Source of the DNA: a virus
Direction: 5' to 3' (one strand)
Virus record (IMG/VR): IMGVR_UViG_3300027391_000002
DNA: 27,788 nt
Part shown: positions 18,843-27,033 of the stretch, one piece after another
Position numbering within the stretch: position 1 is the first letter of the stretch
How the letters are laid out: every line of letters starts with the position of its first letter
Translations under genes and position numbers: made by a program
Notes under the pieces: generated by a model
The model's database searches: none
The model's input: only the letters and a program-made list of their open reading frames with translations
Told to the model about the DNA's origin: nothing

Positions 18843-21282
18843 AAGCAATCAGAACGAGATCTAATATATTGACTTCACCATCGCTGTTTACATCCGCGGT
18901 GGTGTTTTCATTGCCAATAGCATTCGCAACGAGCACAAGGTCTTGAATGTTCACTTTGCCATCACTATTTAGATCATATTCAGATATTTCTGACACAACA
19001 AAACGGACAATCTCAGTAAAGTCATATCGTTGTGCGTTGCCTGCTTTGTCGTATAAATCCATTTGAGAAAGTCCCCACGTGCCCGGTGCACTTCCAACAG
19101 GGAGTACTATACGGTGATCATATTTTTTTGATGTGGTAGGATTATTTACAACATATATTGAACTATAATTGTCAGAATAATGGTAATGAGAATGAAGTAC
19201 CCCTTGTGGGTCTCTAAGACGCACACTGGCATATTCATAACCACTGATATCGTCCTTTACATAAAAAGCAATATCAACAACCGTTTCGCCATTAGGTGCT
19301 TTAGGATGCGTTGGTTCTGCTTTGATTGTTATTCTGTTTATATCTAAGACAGGGGGAGTTGTGTCAGGGTTTGTAGTTTCTATTCTGATCCAAGCAGGTT
19401 CCTCATCATTGCTGTCTGAAGTAAAATATGTGTGATTGCTATTATTCGCCACGTCTTCCATATAAATATAATTGACTTCATAAGTCCCATCTTGTTTGTA
19501 ATTAGGTATATGAATTGTCGAAAAAATTTGGTTGCTCCCGTGTCGATGTTTACCATACCCAAACAATGAATAAGTTTTATTATTTTCATCATTCAAACTA
19601 ATATTACCAACTTGTATACCAGATGCCTCAATAACCTCCCATGTTGCCGTGAGTATCTGATAAGTTTTACCTTCTGGTGTAACAGCATCCGACAACACTA
19701 ACCTCATAGAATTGGGAACATACTGCGGAGGTTCACAATCTGCCAGTGGATTATCAATATAGAGTTTCCAACCAAAGTCTGTTTGTCCCGCATAACGCTC
19801 ATTCCCTTGTTTATCCCATACTCGTATTTGGTCTGGTGCCCAATATCCCATTGCAGCATATTTTGATAACGTTGCTGATCCTCGTAGAATTGACGGATTA
19901 GTATTTACTGGTGCTAAACCTACATCAAAGAATGTCCCTTTGTCGCTAAATATGCGAATATATCCAGAACTCGCGAGATCCTGTTCACTTTCATTATGGA
20001 GTTCAATCTTAATTGTGATAGATTTGTCTTGATTAGGTAATCCCTCAACAGAAAGGCTTACTCGGACAATTCTGCCCGGATACACATAATCAGGATAGAG
20101 ATTATAGACTTGAAATGTTAGATCCTCACGTATCTGTGAAATATACCGAGTGCCATGCATAATACGATTCTGTATGAATTCATACTTTGCTGGCGATCGA
20201 GAACGAAGGAGATCCGGACGCACAATATAAAAACCAATACTCTCTGCCATGTCTTCATCTGGATTAGTGCCGTGCGCATACGCTGTAACGAATTCCGTTT
20301 GTTTTGTTGTTGACCATCCATCAGCGTCATCGGGGTTCGGATACCAACCGCCGAGTTCAATCCAGTCTTGTTTGAGTTGATCGTCAAAAAGATATTCCCA
20401 CAGGAAATGTGCTTTTTCATGCAATATAATGTTATAAATGGTATCGTAATTTGCACCTTTGAACGCAGACTCCATAAACTCAATATATCCAGCTCCAGTC
20501 CACGCAACCGCAGCCACACTGGGTGATATTGGATGTGGTAATCCATCAAGCCTACGCACCAGATATTTGAGTCCTGGTGTTTTAAGCATGCCTTGTGGAT
20601 ATTCTTCAAACATAGATATGATCGCGAGTATTTCCTCATTCTTAAATTCTGAAAACCGACCAGCATGTTCACCAGTAGTGTGCCGTGTCAATTCCGTATA
20701 ATCTGGCACATCGATACTCATATCATACCTTTGTTTTAGTATCTGTCTAACTGCATGCCGATCCGAACCTGAATCGGTAACATACCGGACAACAGCCCGA
20801 TGTAACCGTCGCGAGAAGAACCGACCACGCACACCTTCTATTTCAGCTAATAATGGATTGGCATAGACAAACGCATCCGCAGCGATCGTTACAAGATTGA
20901 TTTCTTCATAATGTTCTATTTCAATGTCGTTTTGAACGTGTAAGGATGTGATATGCCAGTGGGAAGTAGGAACTCGGGGTTCTAATTCGTAAGAGTTGTT
21001 AGTTGTCTGCGGAATGCTCTCAAATGTCTGTAGTAATGCCGTCGCTTGTTGATCGCTCCATTCAGCACCGAGATGCACGGAATACTTGTCTCGCAATTTT
21101 ATTGCTGCGCTATGATCCGACAACGTTACAACATCGTCAAGGATTATCACTTGCACAGGTTGAATGACGGTTGCACTTTCCTGTCCTTCAATCGTTTCAT
21201 TTATTTGCCATTCATACTCAAAGGCAATCCCATTGCCAACAAACAGAATAAACAACACACAGACGAAAATATACCTTCGCAT
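18829..21282 (-). CDS. Secreted HExxH zinc-metallopeptidase-like protein with a C-terminal type-I dockerin.
   Basis: - Signal-peptide-like N-terminus: MRRYIFVCVLFILFVGNGIAF.
- Metal-binding motif: ILHEKAHFLWE.
- Downstream gluzincin-like third ligand: NPDEDMAESIGFYI.
- Duplicated dockerin segments: DLNSDGKVNIQDLVLVANAI and DVNSDGEVNILDLVLIASNI. Confidence 0.85.
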   Translation of the reverse strand: MRRYIFVCVLFILFVGNGIAFEYEWQINETIEGQESATVIQPVQVIILDDVVTLSDHSAAIKLRDKYSVHLGAEWSDQQATALLQTFESIPQTTNNSYELEPRVPTSHWHITSLHVQNDIEIEHYEEINLVTIAADAFVYANPLLAEIEGVRGRFFSRRLHRAVVRYVTDSGSDRHAVRQILKQRYDMSIDVPDYTELTRHTTGEHAGRFSEFKNEEILAIISMFEEYPQGMLKTPGLKYLVRRLDGLPHPISPSVAAVAWTGAGYIEFMESAFKGANYDTIYNIILHEKAHFLWEYLFDDQLKQDWIELGGWYPNPDDADGWSTTKQTEFVTAYAHGTNPDEDMAESIGFYIVRPDLLRSRSPAKYEFIQNRIMHGTRYISQIREDLTFQVYNLYPDYVYPGRIVRVSLSVEGLPNQDKSITIKIELHNESEQDLASSGYIRIFSDKGTFFDVGLAPVNTNPSILRGSATLSKYAAMGYWAPDQIRVWDKQGNERYAGQTDFGWKLYIDNPLADCEPPQYVPNSMRLVLSDAVTPEGKTYQILTATWEVIEASGIQVGNISLNDENNKTYSLFGYGKHRHGSNQIFSTIHIPNYKQDGTYEVNYIYMEDVANNSNHTYFTSDSNDEEPAWIRIETTNPDTTPPVLDINRITIKAEPTHPKAPNGETVVDIAFYVKDDISGYEYASVRLRDPQGVLHSHYHYSDNYSSIYVVNNPTTSKKYDHRIVLPVGSAPGTWGLSQMDLYDKAGNAQRYDFTEIVRFVVSEISEYDLNSDGKVNIQDLVLVANAIGNENTTADVNSDGEVNILDLVLIASNID

Positions 21283-21301
21283 AATAATACCTCACAACAA
21301 A

Positions 21302-21634
21302 CTATTTTAGCAATTCGTCTTTTGAAGGTCTATTGTAATTTGGAGGAATTAAGTTGCTGCCTTTGTTCCAGTTTAATAGCCTCACATCTATATTCAATGC
21401 TTCTGCTTCCTCTTGGCATGCTGCAATCATTCTATCTGTATGAATGTGTTTTATATAGTTCCATACTTTTGCCCTGTCTTGTCCTGACTTGGCAATTTCC
21501 AAAGCCTCTTTATAGGTGTGCAATGCCTCTTGCAGACGACCTAATTCTTTAAACTTTATCCCTTTTTCAATTAGTTGATCAAAAGATTTATAATCATCAC
21601 CTTTAGCAAGGTGTTCTTTTATATCATCATTCAT
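21302..21634 (-). CDS. Small TPR-like helical protein, co-oriented upstream of the metallopeptidase.
   Basis: RBS aaaggag precedes Met9 of the track ORF. GRLQEALHTYKEALEIAKSGQDRAKVWNYI resembles a TPR helix pair. Confidence 0.65.
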   Translation of the reverse strand: MNDDIKEHLAKGDDYKSFDQLIEKGIKFKELGRLQEALHTYKEALEIAKSGQDRAKVWNYIKHIHTDRMIAACQEEAEALNIDVRLLNWNKGSNLIPPNYNRPSKDELLK

Positions 21635-21850
21635 AATATACTCCTTTTTAGTATACATGCTAATTATATAAACATCCTACCACACCATCCACACGCCTGT
21701 CAATCATGGAATGCCTTGAGGGTGTTTATAGTAGACAGAGTATCAGAACAGCACGTAAGGCATTCTGGGTGTCATTTTGCTTAACACTTGTAAAACTCTG
21801 CAATGCTACAAAGCGGTTTGGTGGATCTACCAATATTTTTAAGAAAGTTG

Positions 21851-21879
21851 TTGACCAAACTTGTTCGGTATGTTAGAAT
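21851..21879 (+). promoter_or_regulatory. Sigma70-type promoter with an extended -10, about 240 nt upstream of the Rep-like gene.
   Basis: TTGACC (21851-21856), 17-bp spacer ending in TGt, TAGAAT (21874-21879). Confidence 0.55.
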
Positions 21880-22123
21880 TGGGATATAGACATAAGAGTT
21901 TCTGCTGACAAAGAAAGAACGCCACACGAGGGAGTATGACGTTCTACAAAATCTTTTAGTCTGTAGACATAACAGAGCAGAAACCACTACACTAAATAGA
22001 AGTGGAACTGTTTAAGTATTGTATCTTATAACGCGTGGATAATCAAGAATAATATTTAGAGAGTCCATTTTAGAAGTGGTGTAGTGTCTCAAATTAGAAT
22101 TATTACATAGAAGGAGTACTACA

Positions 22124-23071
22124 TTGCATCAAATTAACTTACAACCCCCAGCCCCTGTCTTAGAATCCACAAATTCAGTGATTCCCGAAATTCAAGTGTC
22201 AACCCATCAAGTCCCGTGTGGTCAACATAGTATCTTTGACCGCGACTATGACGTGACCGAATTTGAGAGAGCCGTGTATCTTATCATCAACTATCATTCG
22301 CATTGGGATGGTGGTTATTCCCATGCGTTATCGTATAGAATGATCGCTGACAAACTCGGTGTAAAGCACAGATCGCAAGTTGTGAGAGCCGTCAAATCTT
22401 TAATTGCTAAAGGGTGGTTAAGTATTGACCGGCAACGACTAACAGATGGTGCGAACATCTACAAGATTACACATCACAATTGTTTACCGGAACAAGTGCC
22501 ACTCGATGCCGACCAACGCCCACAGAAATGTGCTATACCGCACGGAGAAGGTTCTGCGGTTGTGTTAGTTGAGGAAGGCAAACTGAGTTGGCGAGCGATG
22601 GTTCAGTGGTTTGTTAGTAAGATATTTTCAGACTGGCGCACCGGTATTGTGCAGATGTCTATCAGGATGGCGAATGATCTAATGTCATTTTGTATGCAAA
22701 CAATATGCGACAACGCTAAAAAACTGACACAGATAGGGTTATTCAAAAGATTGTCTGCCAGAAACGCCATGTCTGAGTATCAAATCTATCCACAGCCGTA
22801 TCCTGAGAAACATGAACGGCAAGCCCGACAGTGGTATGAAAAGCCGTTGCCGTTGATAAATGGATACTATTACGCATACAATCGACGGTGGAGGTTCAGT
22901 AGAGAAAACCTAAGAGTTCAGATGGAAGATGTCTGTGGAAAATGGCGTTATGCGAGTATGTCCGAACTCTTAGAGATTAATCCACAGATTCATCGCGCTT
23001 TTACTGAGTATATTGACCGTCTCGCGCGAATGATGCAAGATTCAAATTTATACACCACCGCGCGGTGTTAG
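22124..23071 (+). CDS. Rep-like or regulator protein with two winged-helix-type regions.
   Basis: TTG start with aaggag 7 nt upstream. SYRMIADKLGVKHRSQVVRAVKSLIAKGWLSI is a classic wHTH. A second HTH-like stretch is ANDLMSFCMQTICDNAKKLTQIGLFKR. Confidence 0.7.
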   Translation: MHQINLQPPAPVLESTNSVIPEIQVSTHQVPCGQHSIFDRDYDVTEFERAVYLIINYHSHWDGGYSHALSYRMIADKLGVKHRSQVVRAVKSLIAKGWLSIDRQRLTDGANIYKITHHNCLPEQVPLDADQRPQKCAIPHGEGSAVVLVEEGKLSWRAMVQWFVSKIFSDWRTGIVQMSIRMANDLMSFCMQTICDNAKKLTQIGLFKRLSARNAMSEYQIYPQPYPEKHERQARQWYEKPLPLINGYYYAYNRRWRFSRENLRVQMEDVCGKWRYASMSELLEINPQIHRAFTEYIDRLARMMQDSNLYTTARC

Positions 23072-23550
23072 ATAGAATTGGTAAATCCAAAATTAGTACA
23101 GGAAAAATGCTAAAATCAACAACCTACAACCTCAATACCAGTAAGCCCTCACAAAATTGCCACAAACCAAGTGTTCACATATACGCAGCGGTAGTGGTAA
23201 CCAATAAGGAACAGCTGGTAACATATCAACAATTCTGTATCTGCGAAATCTCTGTTTCTACGGCAAAATTGATAATAACTTGTTGGTATGAGTTCAGAAT
23301 TGAGTAATTAGGTTATCAGATTTAGCAAAATTGCCACTGCCGATGATGGTTTGGGAGTGGCGAGTGGATCGGTGCGTCCTCTTAATTAAATTCAGACAGG
23401 CTTTTACCTTCGTGAGTATCACCATTATTTTTTAGAATTATTTGAAGGCGGGGCTGAAAACGGATGAATAATATCACAAAAAAAGCCCCATGTGAATTTT
23501 GCAGGACACAACAGACGACCCTTTCATTTTGTTATTTGACAGAAATGATC

Positions 23551-23976
23551 TTATCTGTTTTTTAAAGTTCGCTTGTCTTTATTAGACGATGGGGGGAGTG
23601 TAGGGCGGTTGTGTTCATCCCTTCCATTATCTGCCCAATCTGCCCACTTCGCATGCATTTCGGCTCTGCCTTTAGCTTTACCTTCAGCTCTATATTTCTT
23701 TTTTAGGCGAGCGGTCCGTCTGAACAACATAATATCTACACCTTCTTTGACTATAATAACGACTGTTCCTACTGACAGTATACGAGGTATATGGTCTGTC
23801 ATGTGGAACAATGCTTTGAACCAACTTTTTGTAGAAATACCTTCGTATAAATAAGCGACGAGCAACCCGAAGATTACGATACAAGCAGCTGAGACCATTG
23901 TATCTTCAGCATCTTTGACTGTAAATAATGTAGATCTCTTTTGTTCTACAGCGGGATCTTCTGCCTGCTTTGTCAC
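23551..23976 (-). CDS. Two-TM membrane protein with a basic C-terminal tail (holin-like, exclusion-like or unknown).
   Basis: Hydrophobic segments MVSAACIVIFGLLVAYLY and ILSVGTVVIIV. Lys/Arg-rich C-terminus. Confidence 0.65.
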   Translation of the reverse strand: MTKQAEDPAVEQKRSTLFTVKDAEDTMVSAACIVIFGLLVAYLYEGISTKSWFKALFHMTDHIPRILSVGTVVIIVKEGVDIMLFRRTARLKKKYRAEGKAKGRAEMHAKWADWADNGRDEHNRPTLPPSSNKDKRTLKNR

Positions 23977-24030
23977 TTATACCTCTTCTTTAAGATAACA
24001 TATTAATTTTTTATGGTCAAAGTTTTTTTG

Positions 24031-24435
24031 TCATTCGTTTGGCTGGGGTGATTTGAAAAAGTTAATAACATCTGATAATCTGCGACGGGGTTTTGGCAAC
24101 ATCAACACCTCATTCTGCTTTTGTAACCGAGCTGCTAATTCTATCAATTTTGTTTTTTCTTCTTTTTCTGCGGTTAGTTGCGACTTTAGATCATTCACCT
24201 GTGTTTCAAGCAAATCAATAATTTTAGATGTGTCAACATTGTTCATTTGACTACTATTGACTGACTTATCAGATAGTTCTCCATAAACACGGATCAACTC
24301 CGCTGTGTCAATTCGCCTACGTCCTTGATCGTCCTTTTCAGAGGATATACCCCCATTCTTGATTGCTCTACGGAGAGATGACTCGGATACAGGAATAACC
24401 TCAACGGCTTGCTTAATTGTGAGTTTCGTTGACAT
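24031..24435 (-). CDS. Excisionase/MerR-type HTH protein with a C-terminal coiled coil (putative regulator).
   Basis: LTIKQAVEVIPVSESSLRRAIKNGGI...RRRIDTAELIRVYG. Leucine-zipper-like LLETQVNDLKSQLTAEKEEKTKLIELAARL. Start is Met18 of the track ORF, with aaaggtg upstream. Confidence 0.7.
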   Translation of the reverse strand: MSTKLTIKQAVEVIPVSESSLRRAIKNGGISSEKDDQGRRRIDTAELIRVYGELSDKSVNSSQMNNVDTSKIIDLLETQVNDLKSQLTAEKEEKTKLIELAARLQKQNEVLMLPKPRRRLSDVINFFKSPQPNE

Positions 24436-24537
24436 ATTCAACACCTTTCTTTTGACTGATATTGAATATGTTAACGACATACTCACACATTCGTTGCACT
24501 ATTCACTATAGTGCCAAGATTTACAAAGTGCTTGCCA

Positions 24538-24735
24538 TCACTTAAGTTTCTCATCTATTTTCTTCCCAAATTCTGTAGCAGTCATTTCCTCACTTTCTCC
24601 ATCTTCACTGAACAAGTCAGTCATAACAATATTGGGAACGCTGTTGTCATTTGGGTCTTCCGCTCTGGCAAGCATCTCTGCCATCTTTTCTATAGGGTTG
24701 CTCACTAAGTTAGTTTTGGGGTTAGACTTCTTCAT
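24538..24735 (-). CDS. Small acidic hypothetical protein, first gene of the leftward operon.
   Basis: RBS agaggt lies before Met17 of the track ORF. The upstream Met codons fall at or before the predicted promoter. Confidence 0.55.
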   Translation of the reverse strand: MKKSNPKTNLVSNPIEKMAEMLARAEDPNDNSVPNIVMTDLFSEDGESEEMTATEFGKKIDEKLK

Positions 24736-24766
24736 ATTTTTACCTCTTTTGACATGTGATTTGCTT

Positions 24767-24795
24767 AAGTATAGCATTAACACAAACGCCGTGCA
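24767..24795 (-). promoter_or_regulatory. Leftward sigma70-type promoter.
   Basis: Minus strand reads TTGCAC (24795-24790), 17-bp spacer, TATACT (24772-24767). Confidence 0.5.
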
Positions 24796-24801
24796 AATCC
24801 C

Positions 24802-24882
24802 AAAAAAGCGAAAAGCCTTCTGATTTTTTGGATGATCAGAAAGCTTTTCTACACAAAGTAAAAAGATTGTGTATAAATCTCT
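24802..24882 (-). ncRNA. Candidate sRNA of about 80 nt with its own promoter and intrinsic terminator.
   Basis: Minus-strand hairpin 1 is tacacaa/ttgtgta (24873-24850). Hairpin 2 is a 14-bp stem (24848-24811) that is perfect only on the minus strand, because the single non-Watson-Crick pair is U.G there and C.A on the plus strand. It is followed by ttttcgctttttt. Confidence 0.5.
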
Positions 24883-24888
24883 ACAGAT

Positions 24889-24917
24889 ATTCTACCAAAA
24901 ATATGAAAATATAGCAA
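24889..24917 (-). promoter_or_regulatory. Promoter of the candidate sRNA (extended -10).
   Basis: Minus strand reads TTGCTA (24917-24912), 17-bp spacer ending in TGg, TAGAAT (24894-24889). Confidence 0.55.
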
Positions 24918-24974
24918 GTATTGTAAAAAAGCGTTAAATTTCACTTAAAAGCAGTAAAAAATAGCGTTTTTTAT

Positions 24975-25003
24975 TTGACTTTTTATATAAAATGTGGTAT
25001 CAT
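24975..25003 (+). promoter_or_regulatory. Rightward sigma70-type promoter (extended -10) for the early small-gene operon.
   Basis: TTGACT (24975-24980), 17-bp spacer ending in TGg, TATCAT (24998-25003). Confidence 0.6.
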
Positions 25004-25072
25004 ATTATCAAAATAGTTTGCGAGTTAAAAAGAAAAAGGCGAGAGATGCAACTCTCACCTTCAAATGAAACT

Positions 25073-25130
25073 GACATGTTATCAGATTCTAATACTAATA
25101 ATAGGATACATTAATTTCTGATGACATGTC
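25073..25130 (+). promoter_or_regulatory. 14-bp leader hairpin just upstream of the first rightward RBS.
   Basis: gacatgttatcaga (25073-25086) pairs with tctgatgacatgtc (25117-25130), with one U.G pair valid only on the plus strand. RBS aggag is at 25140-25144. Confidence 0.5.
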
Positions 25131-25151
25131 AAATCAAATAGGAGATTTACA

Positions 25152-25394
25152 ATGTTAGACGATTTGACTATCCACTTAGGTTTCGGTCTTGAATGCCATG
25201 TGCATGCCGAACTGATAATCGGTCATTCTTGGGGTGTTCACCATTCTGCTGGTATTTGTGCGTCAGAGAGTATTCTCGCTTTACCGCAGATGCCTCGCAT
25301 GAATGGCATCAAGAGTCGTGCTGGTGTCGCGACGACAGAAATATCTTACGGAGCGGGACTTGATGCTGAGTTTGTGGGGGTGCCGTATGCGTAA
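25152..25394 (+). CDS. His/Gly-rich hypothetical small protein.
   Basis: aggag lies 7 nt upstream of the ATG. The stop overlaps the next start (ATGCGTAA). Confidence 0.5.
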   Translation: MLDDLTIHLGFGLECHVHAELIIGHSWGVHHSAGICASESILALPQMPRMNGIKSRAGVATTEISYGAGLDAEFVGVPYA

Positions 25395-26055
25395 GACTAC
25401 CGACAATCGCACTCGTGCATTGGGGGCGTGTTGGGCAATCTTGAACAGGTTGCCTCTCACTTCACCGGTGTCTGCTGATGATGTGTGGGAACACTTGAAA
25501 GACACCTGTAATGTCGTCCACGGTCGCGACTTGACGGAGAAAGACCTTGTTCTGTTGGAAGCGCGCTTACGTGCTGCACAGGACAGTCAAGAGTTGCTGC
25601 AGGCGTTGATTGATAAGGTTCTCCCACTCGCTAAGGTGAAGCACCGCGCTTTTGATGTGGTTGTGAAGGGTAATGAAACGCACTACATTGAAATCGTGCC
25701 GATCCCAAGGGTTGATAATCTGCAGCAGTGGGCACAGGAGCGTGCGAATTCTACCGGTAATATGGTGAGTGTTCGCGACTTGAACAATGTAGTTGTGTTT
25801 CGTGCTGAACCTGTATTTTCTGATATGTTCGTTAATCCAGATGTTGACGGTAAGATCGTACAGATAGAGTTCTTTGATGGTTATTTCTGTTTGGAATTCA
25901 ACGGCAAGGACAAGTCTTACACTTATGACAAGTTGAACCAGTATCAGGTGGCGTTGTGCCGTTTGTTTGCAGAACACTCGCAGTTTGATGAACTGCACCA
26001 CTATCTGACACAGGTGAGGTTGCAATGGCAAGCACAGATGACAGGTGCTATCTAA
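25387..26055 (+). CDS. Hypothetical protein (222 aa).
   Basis: Met29 of the track ORF 25303-26055. It is coupled to the upstream ORF, with ggggg 6 nt upstream. Confidence 0.65.
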   Translation: MRKTTDNRTRALGACWAILNRLPLTSPVSADDVWEHLKDTCNVVHGRDLTEKDLVLLEARLRAAQDSQELLQALIDKVLPLAKVKHRAFDVVVKGNETHYIEIVPIPRVDNLQQWAQERANSTGNMVSVRDLNNVVVFRAEPVFSDMFVNPDVDGKIVQIEFFDGYFCLEFNGKDKSYTYDKLNQYQVALCRLFAEHSQFDELHHYLTQVRLQWQAQMTGAI

Positions 26056-26114
26056 TGAATGCGCGGGTGGCATTCACATGTCATCCGCACAACCACAACG
26101 AGGAGCATTAGACA

Positions 26115-26258
26115 ATGCGTGAACATTTTTACTGGTGGCTACAGAACTACGATGATGGATCACTTGAGATGTATGACTATTATGAAGCCTGTTTTAAGGT
26201 ATATTGTTTCTTGTTCAAATACATCGATAATACTACAATAAGGGAGGCACAAGGCTAA
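26115..26258 (+). CDS. Unlisted 47-aa ORF (aromatic-rich), translationally coupled to the next gene.
   Basis: aggag lies 9 nt upstream of the ATG at 26115. The TAATG overlap places the stop at 26256-26258 against the ATG at 26258. Confidence 0.35.
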   Translation: MREHFYWWLQNYDDGSLEMYDYYEACFKVYCFLFKYIDNTTIREAQG

Positions 26259-26605
26259 TGGCACATATACCGGGAATCAAGAGCATTTACGCGTGCTGGA
26301 CGATGGCAACTGGACACAAAGGATATCCAGATGTTCTCACGGGCATACTGCAAGGTGTGAATCGATCTAAACACACGACTGAAACGCGAAACCTCTACGT
26401 GTTGTTTGAAGACAACATTCTTGAGATGATATGTTTCCAAAAAGGCGAGTATCAGTTCTCTGATCGTACTGACCTAAACAAACCTGTTGAGGAAGGACGG
26501 TATGGCAGACCGTCAAGGAAAGTGTCCGGGTCGCGACGGCGAATTGATGTTGAAAAGATGTTAGAAAGCGGCAATGTTGAGGGCAACCCTTACGTTGTTG
26601 CATAA
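26258..26605 (+). CDS. Hypothetical protein.
   Basis: RBS gggagg lies 9 nt upstream of the ATG. Basic C-terminal half. Confidence 0.65.
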   Translation: MAHIPGIKSIYACWTMATGHKGYPDVLTGILQGVNRSKHTTETRNLYVLFEDNILEMICFQKGEYQFSDRTDLNKPVEEGRYGRPSRKVSGSRRRIDVEKMLESGNVEGNPYVVA

Positions 26606-26615
26606 TAAAGAAGGT

Positions 26616-26635
26616 AGGGGTTGGCAACAGCCCCT
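26616..26635 (+). other. GNRA-capped 8-bp hairpin after the stop of 26258-26605.
   Basis: aggggttg-gcaa-cagcccct, with one U.G pair valid on the plus strand only. Confidence 0.45.
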
Positions 26636-26645
26636 GAATTACAAA

Positions 26646-26852
26646 ATGAGAGCAGAATTACTTGGAGCATATTACGAAAGCAAACAGCGTGACATTCAAA
26701 GTTATTTACGCAAACATTGCTACAGCCAAGCACGAATAAAGGATGTTTGCAGACACACCAACCTAAGCAGGCAAGAAGTTGAGCATATCGTTAATACAGA
26801 GGGATCAGACTTGACCATCAAGTATAATGGCGATTATATTCAGAAACGATAA
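26646..26852 (+). CDS. Small HTH-like protein.
   Basis: RIKDVCRHTNLSRQEVEHIVN is HTH-like. I prefer Met25 of the track ORF 26574-26852 because the upstream part would run through the hairpin at 26616-26635. Confidence 0.45.
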   Translation: MRAELLGAYYESKQRDIQSYLRKHCYSQARIKDVCRHTNLSRQEVEHIVNTEGSDLTIKYNGDYIQKR

Positions 26853-27030
26853 ACAACAAAGGACAGGGGCGGGTGACCGTCCCTTATTTAATATGATAGT
26901 AGTTTTATGTGGTTTATTGTTATTTGTGATTGGTGTTGCAATAGGTATATACGAAGATCGCAAAGACAAACAACAACGACTGGCGCATGCAGAGACGCGT
27001 CGCTGGTCGTATAGAAAAAGGAGAAAGTAG
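26827..27030 (+). CDS. Small single-TM protein with a basic tail.
   Basis: MIVVLCGLLLFVIGVAIGIY followed by a K/R/Q-rich tail. An alternative start is at 26893. No clear RBS for either start. Confidence 0.35.
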   Translation: MAIIFRNDKQQRTGAGDRPLFNMIVVLCGLLLFVIGVAIGIYEDRKDKQQRLAHAETRRWSYRKRRK

Positions 27031-27033
27031 TAT

